Below, one piece after another: positions 12,379-24,800 of a stretch of DNA of 64,000 bases. The notes under the pieces are model-generated. The model saw only the letters and a list, made by a program, of their open reading frames with translations, ran no database searches and had not been told where the DNA came from. How positions within the stretch are numbered: the first letter of the stretch is position 1; each line of letters begins with the position of its first letter. This DNA is from Pavona decussata. Taxonomy: Eukaryota. The DNA is taken from NCBI GenBank assembly GCA_977016875.1, contig CDRNST010000020.1:5952001-6016000 (forward strand). The letters are read 5' to 3'. The translations under genes were made by a program, and so were the position numbers.

Positions 12379-13679
12379 GAATTGCAGACATTACTAACCA
12401 GGGTTAGCGTACATCTGCAATGCATGCTGCAATTGGAAATAAATAAATTTTAAAACCCACAGAAAAATGGAACCACAAAGGCCAAAGAGCCAGACTATTT
12501 CCACGTTTCTCAATTGTACTATAGTTATTGACCAATTACTCCCTCCTAGGACAGCTAAATTCCTGCTGTATTTTATGAAAACAACCATGGTAATTGCCTA
12601 TTTTCTATGCCCTCTGTTCATATGTAAAAATGACGAAAACGAAATTTCCAGGGTAACACTTTTTCAAAACAAAATATGATTTAGCAACTTACATCACGCA
12701 TTCTCTCCTGCCTTCTGCAAATGATTCTATGTTCTTCTTCCTTTCCTTTTTCCGTCCTGGCCAAGGCATTGGTTAAACTCTTGAAGTATGTGGTAGCAGC
12801 ACCTTAAAATAGAAAATTAGTCATCCTGGGTTTATGAAAATACCATAAGAAGCAGGAGCTGAGCCACTGGGCCACTTGATATGAGACCATCAATAGTTGC
12901 ATGTATGTCATGTAAGTCACTTAGAACATATCGTTTCCAAAACTCTTCCCACACACATTTCTGGTTTGCACACATAATCAGAATTCAAGATATGTGTCAT
13001 GGAACACCAGCTCATTTTTGTTTTTATTTTTAAGTTTCCCCAATTACCCATCCTTAGATGAAAATAAAACTAGGGATTCCATCCATTCAAAACATTGGAA
13101 AAAACCACAGTAAAAGTTAACAAAATGACTACAGCCCAACACAATTATTTTAGAATTTCTCTTTTACCCTCCTAAAGCAGACAATGGCTTGGTTGGTTTC
13201 CAGTCTTCTTTTACTGTTTTTATATTACCGGTATATACATTTTTGTTCATGTTAACATGTTTTGGAGAAGTAAAGTTATGTTTATTTAAAACCAAAATGA
13301 ACCAGGCAAAATTTTCCAAGTTCAAAGTTGACACTAGAGCATTATATAAAATCTTGCCTGAAACACAGAGTTCCACTTGATTAAATATGCTTAATACTGA
13401 CATACTTTTCATTTCTTTTTTTTTTTTATTTATTTATTTATTTTTTATTTATTTAAAGCAAATTTAATTTACAGGGTACAACTTTTACACAACACACAGT
13501 AGTAATACGTAAACTACACGTACATTGATACTTGCGCAAACAATCTACACTACTAAAACAATTTTACATGCGCTAGTAAGGATGCATACATTACAATACA
13601 AACACTACTTGAATTAGGGTATATTAATAACATTGCTAATTTTATTACAGATAATCATTAACATCAGCAGCATATAAAA

Positions 13680-15078
13680 TTAAAGTAAAAGATTCCATGT
13701 GCGATGAAAATTCGGGAGTGCTTTTTTAGCAACTGCAATTTCTTTAAGGATTTCAAGTTTTCCGGAAATGGACAAAAGAAAGGTTTGAAAATCCAAAACA
13801 TCTCCGCGAAGGCTTGTGTAAAAAATGCAATGCTTGGCTATTAATAAACAATAATTTAGGACTTGCCAATGCTTTGCGCTATCATGCCAGCCGCAGAGTA
13901 TATGGCTTGTGGATAATGCTATTGTTTCATTTGTTTTTTGGTACCACCAGTCTTGAAACAGCATCCAGAAATCGATTGTTAGTGTACAATTTATTAGCAG
14001 GTGGTGCAACGTTTGTTCTTCTGCGTTGCATAAGTTACATATGGGGCTTTCTGAAATGCCGTCTCGATAAAGTGTAGCACGGGTTGGAAGAATGTTATGA
14101 ATAACTTCATACTGGAACATTATTATTTGTACTTCATTTGTGACTGCAAATGGCATGAGATAAACTTTCTGGATGGAATTTTCTGTAAATCCGTGTCGTA
14201 GAATTTTGGTTTCAGCAGTGGGAGGAACGAAGATGATGTTTAAAAGAGAGGAGTAAATAGAACAAGTCGGAAATTAGCCTTACACTTTCACCGATGTAGC
14301 GGCCTTTAACATAACCTGTTTGATCGGGGTTTATTAAAGTTGGCAGGACTTTTTCAATTCTCTTGGCTATAACTTTAGTGAGAATCTTGTAGTCGACGTT
14401 CAGGAGAGAGATGGGCCTTAGATTTTCCAGAATAGTTTTATCCTTGGATTTTTTTGGGATAAGCGAGATTATTCCATGCTGAGAAGCGAAGTTGTAGCTG
14501 GCTAGTAGCGCATGACAGATGTCGGGCCAAAAGAATCGATAAAATTCAGCCGGAAAACCATCAGTGCCCGGGGTTTTGTTATTGTCGAAGTCCTTGAGCG
14601 CATTTATGCATTCTTCTTCGCTTTACTACTCCTTCGCAAGATTTTTTTTCTTCTTCGCTTAGTGCGGATACATTTTCTGGGTTAAAAAAAGGCGAGTTTT
14701 TGAAAATTTCGGGATTGATGTTGGTGGAACAGTATAACGACTCATAAAACTTTTTTTCTTCTTCTAAGATTTCGAACTGATCTTCTAAGTAACAATTTTC
14801 CCCGACTTTGAGTTTTGTGACTGATTTAATATCATGATGACGTTTTTCTAAGCTGTAGAAATACTTTGTGTTGCGTTCCCCTTCTTCGTGCCATCTCACT
14901 TTGCTTCTTAGAATTGCGCCTTTGGTTTTCGTTAACCAAATTTTTTGAAGACGTGATCTAGCACGTTGAAGTTCCAGTACGATGTTTTTGTTGTGCGGAT
15001 TGTTTTCTGCCTTAGCCTGAAGGTCATTTACTTTTTTGTGCAGTGATATTTCTTCATCCCGGTATTTTTTCGCTTTTC
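13680..15078 (-). pseudogene. L1 ORF2 remnants (pre-RT region, RT start and C-terminal CCHC)
   Basis: RWHEEGERNTKYF, PGTDGFPAEF, NVDYKILTK, GRYIGE, then a jump to CNLC..LHHLLINC; endonuclease and YADD core absent. Confidence 0.88.
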
Positions 15079-15698
15079 ATTTAGAATACTTGATTGTGAA
15101 ACCTCTTATTTCCATTTTTATGAGGTCCTAAAGAAAGCCTTGCCACCCCATTCGTTTTCCCAGATAGTTTCAAGCTCTTTGGAGCAGTATGATTCTTGCA
15201 AAAGCATGACACAATGATTTTGATTGTGTAGCCAGCGAGAAACAGTTCGGCGTTTGATCGATTTATTAAGACCTCTAACATTTAGCGACAGGCATTTTAG
15301 GTCGAAAGCATTGGCAGTATTGTCAGCGTTCAGTTTGTTGGCGGATTAAAGGAACACAAGCCAGGCGGAGTGATAAATAAACACAGGTTTCTACCCACGG
15401 AATTTTGTTGGCACATTGTAAATTGGGACAAAAAATAATTTAACTTTTTCGTTAAATGCATGCTGCAGGAATATGAAGGAACGAAAGAAGAAAACGCATA
15501 TTTCAAGCGAAGTGGGTTACTGTAACATATAACGTAAACGAAGTATAGCAAAATAGACATACAGACCACAACTGCATAGCGCTTATATAAAAACATGAAC
15601 AAAGCACTTAGCTTGATGAGATAGAGCCATTTCCCCGGCTCGGTTTTGTCTTTGCTCAAATTTGTCGTGTTGGAATGTTCGGTAAACGAATCAGTATA

Positions 15699-16646
15699 TT
15701 AAGTAGAAGTTACTCGATACTCAAGTGGAATATTTGAGATGTTAAAAACGTTGTTATCAATAAAGAGAGATCTGTTGACTACCTTCGCGTCACGACCAGC
15801 TTGTTTGGCAGCAAACATGGCTTGTATCAGGGTTTTCCTTTCTTTCTGAATTTCCCGGGCAAAGTCTTGGGTAATATAGGCATTACCGTATCTGGCTGAG
15901 GACTTGAGCCGGTTTTTTACATTGAACACAGCATCCCTGTCCTCTCTCACAACAAATCTTGCGATGATCGGACGAGGGCGAGTAGGCGTAGCAACATTGT
16001 TTGGTGGTTTGCCAACGCGGTGAACCGCATGGAAACGTATGCCCTCGACGTTCATTTTGAGATCATTTTCTAAAACATCATAAATGATATCCTGGCAGTT
16101 TTCGCCTCGACTTTCGGGAATATTCATGAAACGCAAGTTTTTACGTCTTGTATAATTCTCAAGAGCGGCGAGGTTCTCTTGGGCTTCTTTCAAAGTGGGT
16201 TTAAGCTTCTCGTTCTCGGCTTGGATCTTTATCAGAGCAGCGTTTAGACTTTGGATTTCGGTAATTTGCTCGTCCAACATGTTTTGATGAGTGGATTTGG
16301 AGTCTTTAAGGGCTTTGGACTCTTGTTGTAAGTCCTCGATGCTTGTCCACGCGTCGTTCAGAGATTTCTCGAGTGCATTCAGTGTTGATTTGACGCCAGC
16401 AATTTCAAGTTTAAATTCATTAGAAAGTTCAGCGATCTGTGTGTGTAGATTAGAGAAGTTTTCTGCCATACGAGATTCTATGGCAGTTAATTTATCGAGG
16501 AGTATTTCCATGGAATTAAGCGAGTCGGTCTCTGCCATTTCCTTGCCTTTCTGTTTGTTTCGTTTCGGAGTTGGCTTGTCGGCGGAGCTTGAACTTGACG
16601 AACGTTCCGAACGCTTTGGCATGAATACTGGCGGCCAAAACGACAA
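15699..16646 (-). CDS. L1 ORF1p (coiled coil + RRM + CTD; Transposase_22-like)
   Basis: 315-aa ORF with LENYTRRKNLRFMNIPE, AVHRVGK, RPIIARF, ITQDF. Confidence 0.9.
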   Translation of the reverse strand: MSFWPPVFMPKRSERSSSSSSADKPTPKRNKQKGKEMAETDSLNSMEILLDKLTAIESRMAENFSNLHTQIAELSNEFKLEIAGVKSTLNALEKSLNDAWTSIEDLQQESKALKDSKSTHQNMLDEQITEIQSLNAALIKIQAENEKLKPTLKEAQENLAALENYTRRKNLRFMNIPESRGENCQDIIYDVLENDLKMNVEGIRFHAVHRVGKPPNNVATPTRPRPIIARFVVREDRDAVFNVKNRLKSSARYGNAYITQDFAREIQKERKTLIQAMFAAKQAGRDAKVVNRSLFIDNNVFNISNIPLEYRVTST

Positions 16647-18189
16647 GAGTTTTCTATTGCCCGTGTGTTAATGTTAAAAGGACATCACTGGTTGCATTTA
16701 AGTGGGCCTCAATGGCCGGGTATGACTCTTCTCAACAGCGGAATCACAGAGCGCGGAGAATACGTCCTTCGGCCATGATTCCCAGCGGATTGCCCACAGC
16801 AATCTACTTTTCATTTCTGCTGGAGACCAAGGACAGTTGTCAGCTCCACCTTGATCAGCCACCACTGCTTCAATGACTGCTTTCGTCACATTATCATTCT
16901 CTTGTGAAGAAACCCTGGATAAAAGAAAGATAATGTAAAATGTAAATAGAACAATCAAACCTGGACATTGAGACAGTACCGGGTATCAAACCAAACTTCT
17001 AAACTGTCCAGCTTCCAGTGTGGTGATAAATTTTGGGGCAAGACAGAACAATGAATATTACCTCTCAGATAAAATAAATCCAGCAAAGCCTTCTCCTCTT
17101 TTCATGACTTTATACATCTTCCTGAAGTCTTGCTGTGGTCAGAAATAAGAAACAAAGTGGGAAATTTGACATATTATCTAGCCAATTCCACATATCTAAG
17201 ATGGATTATAGCAAATAAGCTGCCAAATCAGGTTTTACCATAAATGGTTCAGATTACAATCCACTATCATGCCGAAATTGTTGAAAATTTAAAGCAGACA
17301 AAAAGTGTGAATTATTTTGAACAGTATCATTTTGAATGCCACCTTTAGCAAATTACACTTTCCTGCAGATTTTCCCACACACAATCTCAGCTTTTCAGCA
17401 ATGGCAGGACAACATTTCGACCCAGGCTGAAACTCACCAAATAATAAAATTATTGGCAATCAAGAATAAATGACCACTTGTGATTTTTTCAGAAACTAAC
17501 TAAATTGTGAGAATAATTAACTAACTAACTAAATTGTGAGAACAATTTATGGTCTTTGACAAATTTATCTGTCCTCATTCAAATAATGTAATGATTTATA
17601 CAAATATTTAAGCCCTGGCTAAACGATCAATTAACATTTTCATCCAACATCATGTTCTTCAAATATACATATAACAATGGGTGGCTAAATGCACAAACAA
17701 CGTTAGACCAAACACCAGACAAAGTGAGTCCACAGAGCAATTTTTTGCGTAGTAACGCTGAGATTTTGGTCTCTCGCTGACATCACCACTGACAGTTGGG
17801 TCTGACCAAACCAAGAATGTCATGGTGATTTTTATGGCTTGGAAGTCAAATTAAAACCAAGCACTGTCATGTACCATTACTCATAACCGAAATGCCCCTA
17901 GAACAACCAAAAGAAAGATATAAAGGCATTTTGCCAAAGGGGAAGCAAACCATAATCTGTAACTTATTTCCCTACTTTTCCAAAACCTATGAGGAAACTA
18001 TGCCCAATTTTATCAAGTTGCAATCCATTTCAATCCTTGCCATCCGCAGCCAAAGATGCTTATTTATGGTTTTGCTAAATTGGTAAAATAATAATTATTT
18101 AAACAAAACTGAACCATTACTTTTTAGTTTTCATTGCTTTCAATATCTTCTCCAGCTTTTCAAAGTAAGACTAAAAACTCGTGACATAG

Positions 18190-18492
18190 CACAGGTATCC
18201 CAAGCTGTATGAGCGTTAAAATAAAGACCTCTGTTTGACCTTTGTAATTTGAGTGTCACAATGAGCGTTATGCAATGGCGTAAATTATAAGGGTTTGTAT
18301 GGGAATTTACGTATGGCGTTTTAGGTTCAATTCATACCCTTTACATGTATTTTCGATTCCAAAACAAGTTCGTAAATTCCTAGACAAACCCTTATAATTT
18401 ACGCCATTGCGTAACACTCATCGTGACACTCAAATTACAAAGGTCAAACAGAGGTCTTTATTTTTACGCTCATACAGCTTGGGATACCTGTG
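18190..18492. mobile_element. Foldback MITE, P-element-like
   Basis: ~120-bp inverted arms beginning CACAGGTATCCCAAG; 7-bp TSD GACATAG (18183-18189, 18493-18499). Confidence 0.85.
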
Positions 18493-18539
18493 GACATAGC
18501 TTCTTTAAACAACGCAATGGCGTGTGTTCTGCTGTAACA

Positions 18540-18903
18540 TATACCTGCCAAGTTTTTCTGAGTCAAACGCTTGAGATTTTTGTCTCATCATGACCGGGAT
18601 TTCCGAAAACGTACGAGCCACTTCCGAATATTTCCGACGATTTTCCGAAAGCTTCCGAACGTTGCCGAAAATGTCCGACGATATTCCGACGACCTTTGAA
18701 CACTTACGATTCAAGGGGATTGTAGACATATGAAAGCTTTTGCGATTGTTATAAGGAGCAAATAAATAATACATAACAAATCTGAAATGAAATGAAGATT
18801 TTTTAGAGCAACTGGTCCGGATTTGTGAGTCAGGCGTGAGATATTGTCCTTGACGCGTGAGATCGATGTCTCTAGTCCCCAGGCGTGAGAGTTGGCAGGT
18901 ATA
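18540..18903. mobile_element. MITE with TATACCTGCCAA ends and internal CCGAA repeats
   Basis: TATACCTGCCAA ... TTGGCAGGTATA; TSD unclear. Confidence 0.6.
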
Positions 18904-19393
18904 GTAACGCAAAAAGAATCCCAACGAACAGAAGATTTGCAAAAAGATCAGCTTTCATTTAAATACAATAAGAGGAAGGATTGACTGCTAATTATGAAAC
19001 AATAACGGCCCAATGGTTTCGGTGACATTTGATCGTGCACATGTAAACACAACGAAGGCACCAGGGAAAGTTAAATGTCTCACATTCAAGAGCTTTTGTT
19101 TTCTGATAGTACATATAGTTTAAACTAGTCAGTGATCAGAATGCTAAAAACATACTTATGCGACACTGTTTCGGCACAGCGACCTCTTTCTTTTTTTTCC
19201 TACCTACTGCACTGTTTCCCGATGTGTCCTCGTCGAGTTTCGCCGAGACTCGCTGCAACAGTCTTTCTTGTTCTGCGTCACGCGTTTCAATCATCTTCCA
19301 AAGACGACGGTTTTCATTTACGACGTTTTCAAGCATTTGGATGAATCGATCATTTGAGCAGACCGGAATCTCTTCCTCCATTTCAAAATCCAA

Positions 19394-19636
19394 ACCTTTC
19401 CAGTATTTCTGTCAACAGAGCTTACAAAACCTGTGTTTGAAAGCTTTTCATCCCCAAACAGAGTGCTTTAGAAAGGACGCCAAAAAATGGCGTCAATTAT
19501 TCTCTCACCTTATGATTGGCTTCTTGTGATTTCAAACTTTCTGATTGGACAAGTGTTCATAGGTACATCATTTATGTGGGCTTTTTTTATGATGCAGAAT
19601 CAGTGTCAAGAGAGAAAGCGAGAAACAATCGTGGAA
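19394..19636. promoter_or_regulatory. Probable bidirectional promoter of the CACTA gene pair
   Basis: Short interval between divergent genes with two ATTGG (CCAAT) boxes and AAAATGGCG (YY1-like). Confidence 0.45.
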
Positions 19637-20034
19637 ATGTTTTCGAGAAAGCGATCCCGGTCGAGAAAGCAAAATAAGATTTTCTGTAGCCATTGTAACG
19701 AGTATTTATCAAAGTCAGCTTTTTGGAAACACCGCAGGTCCTATTATGATGTGCAAAATGAACGATGGATAACTGGTGTAAATAGTACGGAATCTGGCAA
19801 TGAACAAGATGCAAAGAGAGCGAGGCATATTGCTACTGGCCATGTAGAGGAAAGCCCTGTTTATTCTTCGGGGGAAGAGGAGCTTGAGGAAGCTGCATTG
19901 CATGAATTTGGAGGTACTGACTGACTGAACATTTTAATAAAGGGTTCCCAAAATAGTTTGTAATCCCGCTATTCCGACAAAATTTTCCCACAATTCCGTT
20001 TGTTTTTATAAGGTTATCCAAGGTCCAAAAATTA

Positions 20035-20533
20035 TGCCCCTATCAATGTTAGTCCCGAGGGAGTGGGGATACAGGATGAGGTGGGGACTTTGATTGACAT
20101 TCCCTGCCCTGGGTGGGGAATTTTGACAAACTTGGTAGAGAATGTTGCCCCCAGGGTGGGGAAGTTTGATCAAACTTTTAAACTGAGATAAGCTTGGACT
20201 TGACCATGGTAAAATACAAACTGCGATGCTGCCTTCTTAAAAATCGGTAGAGCAGAGCCAGGATATAAGTGTTAAGACAAACCATTGGTTTCTTTCGGTG
20301 TTCTTTCATCCCATTGAAAAAATTAAACTGAGATTTATAAACCTGAAGTGTTTGTATTGTTTAAGCATTTAACAGGTCAGCCTCTTGGATCTCAATCCCT
20401 ACAGTAGGGAACTTTGAACTCGAAACGTTACCCCAAGGGTGGGGAGGTTTGACTCAAAATTTACATTTCGGATCAAAGTCCCCACCTCATCTTGATCCCC
20501 CCACCCCTCTCGGGACTAACATTGATAGGTGCA
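20035..20533. mobile_element. PIF/Harbinger-like MITE in the CACTA intron
   Basis: TIR TGC(C/A)CCTATCAATGTTAGTCCCGAG; TTA on both flanks. Confidence 0.8.
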
Positions 20534-21891
20534 TTAAGGATAGCAAACATGTTGACTGAGGTAGGAGGGTGTTACCAACATGGCACATTTGCTTTGACCG
20601 CGACAGTTGTTCCAAGTTTGAAAAAAAGGTCTGCCGTGGATAGTACGTCGTTTTCAAGGGAACTATCCTAACACCCATACCCTACACAGAGGCACATACA
20701 CTATGAAAAAGGTTTCTGTTGCTGAAATAGAAGACTACCCTTGACTCAATGAGCAACCTCATCTTCTGAATTGTGTACAGCTGTATCTGACCATATCCCA
20801 GAGTCCATATCAGGTTTTATGCATGTGTTCTCTTTTTTTTTTTTCACCGTAAATTGCACCATAACACAAGTGGCTATGGAACCACATGCTGCAAGGGAGT
20901 TGTTCCACAGCAAACATTGACAATGTTATGACATAGTTTGTCAGTTTTAAACTGACATTATTTTGTAATTAGCAGTAAACCTGGTAAACGTAAATTGTTA
21001 AAAATGTTGCAGAAGTTGTCAATGGCTTTTCTTGATTTCTGGTTGACTACTAAAAGACAATTAAGGGAATTTCATTGACTCAAAAGTTGACAGCTGACAT
21101 GAGCTCTATGCTTTGCATAAATTAAAATTTTTACTTACTGCAGAAAGTTAAATCAAATTCAAAATAGAACCTGGAAAAAAAAGCCTTGGAGAGATGTAAA
21201 TTTAAATATGTCTGTACATGTAGTTTATTGATGAAAAAATAGCCAATCGGTGCACAGGAATCTTCACAGTCATTGTAAAAACTAAAATATAACATTTTAT
21301 TTTTGTTCTTATAGGTTCCCAAGAGGATGTCAATGACTTGATAGGTGATGATAAAGAGTTTATGAGTGCAATGAATGATAGCAGAGAGGACTTAAAATCT
21401 GATGAGGTAAATAAGTACATGTATAGTCTCTGAAATTACTGTCTGATTTATTCAATTGAAAGAGAAGTAAATGTTTGCCAGTGGAGCAATGTTTTTTATT
21501 TTTTTTAATTTTTTTTAATTTTTTTATTAAAATAAACTTTATTGACAAATCAACAAACCGTACAACATTACATAATCTTTTACAATACTCTAGTTATAGC
21601 TGGAAGCACAAAAAAATAAATATGATAATAGTAATAATAATACAGTATAATAAAAACAATTATAATAATAACAATAACAATAGTCGTGATAGTAAAAGAA
21701 TGGTGATGACCGATTTTAGCAGTAAACACTTCTCTTTTAGTAAATTGGAAAATCAAAAACACAGTAGTGAGCAGTGCCAAGAACGAAAATTAGAAGAAAA
21801 TTAATGAATGCTGTAAAAAACAATAGCTTCTCAAAAGCAAGGAGGCCAATTGGGAAAAGCATACTAATTTGTTAAAGGCTTGTCATAGAAA

Positions 21892-24800
21892 CTAACAATA
21901 ATTATTGAAGAGGGGCATTAAAGGATCCCACTTCTTCGAAGTAGGAGCTTGTTTGTAGGATTCAATTTTAAATTGGGACTTGAGGACCGCCAAAAACATA
22001 TTTAGTTGAGGGACCTTGTTACTGGTTTTGCAGCGCCATATGTAATGTCTGGCAATTAGAAAACAGAAATTCAATTGAAGAGCAAACTTTGTTGTGTCCG
22101 GCTTTAGTCCCAAAAAGATTGCGATGTCCTTCAAATAGTCGTGAGGTATAAGTTCACATTCAAGAAGTTTAACAGTCAGAACCCTCCAGAAAAAACTAAC
22201 TTTTGGACAATACCAGAAAAGATGAATAATATTTTCAGGAGCTTTACTGCAAAAAGAGCATTGTGGGTCTTGTTTGATACCAATTTTTGTTAGAAAAAAG
22301 TTAGTAGGAAGAATTCTGTGCAAGAGTCTGTATTGAAAGTTAATGAGGGTCGAACTTTTAGTGCCCTTGGATGCCAAGGTGTAAGCTGCTTTCCAATCAG
22401 CCTTACAACCTTCCTGGGAAACGATGGTGTTCCATTTTAATTGGCTTTTCTCTGGTGCATAGCTATTAAGAGAGACAAGTTTCTTGTAAACTATTCTATT
22501 ACCTTTGGAGCTTTCAAGAAATGAGTTAAGGAAAGAATCCGGTTTAACCGAAACATCTGTACTGGATTCATTTGGGAAATTTTTATTATAAAGACATTTA
22601 AGGGCAGATATAAGTCCACAAAATTTCAAGGGGTTTATTTGTATTTTATATAATTCAATAAAATCTTTGAAACAAAGAAACTTGCAAGGTTCTTTCATTA
22701 AATCTTTGACTTTTAAAATTCCTCGCAAAAAGAGTTCTTTCTCATAAATTGGCTTGTTATCAATTCTTATTAGCGAGTTATGCCATAAAGGCTGTTCAAG
22801 AAACTGTTGTTTTGTTTTTATAAGACCTTCAAAATTGACCTCAGACCAAATTTCTAACAGTTCTGTCGTGAAGTTGTTCTTTACTGGAAAAGTCTTGAGG
22901 GAATCAGTCTTGTTTAAATTGCCCTTAAAGATAAAGCTGCCGCCATGTTTTTCGAGCTCAAGGAAGACAATTTCTTTCCATTTTGCTTGGTTCAAAGTAT
23001 CCAGATACTTTCCAATCCAAGTAGTTTTTAGCGATTTGTTAAAAGAAGATAAGTCAACCATTTTTAGACCGCCATTCTCGTAATCATTTATCAACACGGT
23101 TCGTTTAATCTTATCACCCTTGTTGTTCCAAAGAAATCTATAAAAAATGTCATTTATCTCATTAATAAAACTTTGGTTTGTCGCAAGAGGTGTTAAAATA
23201 TAAGTGAGTTGGGATAAGACTAGACTCTTGATAACCTGAATTTTGCCAATTAAAGTTAAACGTCGGTATTCCCAACAGCTCAGAATATTTCTTATCTTGT
23301 CCACCTTTTCTGTATAATTCATATTTAAAGTGACAGCTGGGTCAGTAGAAATCCATACTCCAAGGACTTTGGTTTTAATCTCGGGCCATTTAAAATTCTT
23401 TTTGGGGGAGAGTTTTTCTTTCTTACCCTTCCTTGACCCGATCCATAGAGCTTCAGTTTTCTTGTCATTAAGTTTGAGTCCAGAAGATTTACCGAAGCTA
23501 TTAATTGTATCAAGGGCCGTGGATAAGGAATCTTTGTTACCGTTAAGGATCAGGGTTGTGTCGTCCGCGTATTGGCTTAATTTTATTTCTGTTTTATTCA
23601 CGGTGATTCCTTTAATGTTAGTATTAGCTCTGATAGCTTTTCCTAGGACTTCAACTGAAAGTATGAAAAGGTATGGCGACAAAGGGCAGCCTTGTCGAAC
23701 ACCTCTTTGTAACTTAAAGAATTTACTTGACCATCCATTGTTTAAAACGTAGCTTTCAATATTGTTATAAAACGTTCGAATCCAAGATATCAAAGAGGGG
23801 CCGAATCCAAAGTATTCAAGCGTACGATCGACAAATGCCCACTCAAGTGAATCAAAAGCTTTTTCGAAATCAATAAATAGTAACAACCCAGGGATGTGCT
23901 GTTCTGCTGCATAGTTTATGATACTGTCAATCAGTCTAATATTTTCTCCAATAAATCTGCCTTTTAGAAAGCCCGTCTGATCATTGTTAACAAGTTTTGG
24001 AATAACCTTCTTTATTCGATTAGCAATGGCTTTCGTAGCTATTTTAAGGTCACAGTTCAGGAGAGTTAAAGGACGCCAGTTTTTAATAAAGTGTGGATCA
24101 GCGTCTTTTTTTGGTATAAGTTTAATGATGCCTCGTCTCTGTGATACTGAAAGAGTCCCCTGATCATAGGCGTAGTTAAAGGCACTAATCAAACTAGAAG
24201 CTAACTCGTCCCAAAAGGTTTTATAAAACTCGGCTGGCAAACCATCGGTCCCAGGTGTTTTTTCTGAATCCATATCTTTTAAGGCTTCTAGGCATTCCTC
24301 TTCAGTTAAAAAACCTTCACAACTCGCGGCTTCGTGATAATCAAGGTGTGTGTCATTCTCGAGTTGAAAGAATTCTCTATCTGGAGGTATTGTGTTTCCT
24401 TGAGATGTGTAAAGGGTTTTATACAAGGTTTCACATTCTTCTAGGATTCCAGTTTCAGAGGTGATAAATTCGTTCTCGTTGATTTGGAGTTGACTTGTAG
24501 TGTTAAGTTTATAATGCCTCTTTTCAAGGTTAAGAAAGTACTTTGAATTTTTTTCACCTTCATTATACCATCTTGCTTTGCATCTTAGAATCGCCCCTTG
24601 AGTGCGCCACCTTACAAATTCCTCTAATTCTTTTCTGTACAATTCCAATTTTTCTATTAAGATATTTTTGTACTGTGTCGTGATCGATGGCAAGTCTAAT
24701 TCTTTTTCAAGTGTTGCAATTTTTTCTTCTAAAATATGTTCTCTATCATTCTCTTTGCGTTTTTTCCCAATCGCGTAACTGACGGATTTCTCCCGAACTT

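Larger units (their letters stand above)
13417..16804 (-). mobile_element. L1/Tx1-clade LINE with both ends intact but ORF2 internally deleted
   Basis: 14-bp TSD TACTTTTCATTTCT (13403-13416, 16805-16818), A-rich tail at 13417-13455, intact ORF1, ORF2 remnants. Confidence 0.92.
9105..19393 (-). pseudogene. CACTA/EnSpm accessory (second ORF) gene, spliced and interrupted by insertions
   Basis: Exons ~19393-19160, 17132-17082, 16914-16808, 12802-12693 and 9566-9105. Last exon has WDYTSSDKSD...VKKLTWERS...KALD, like the YMSSEES..LPWRS motif of animal CACTA ORF2. Head-to-head with the CACTA transposase. Confidence 0.65.
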
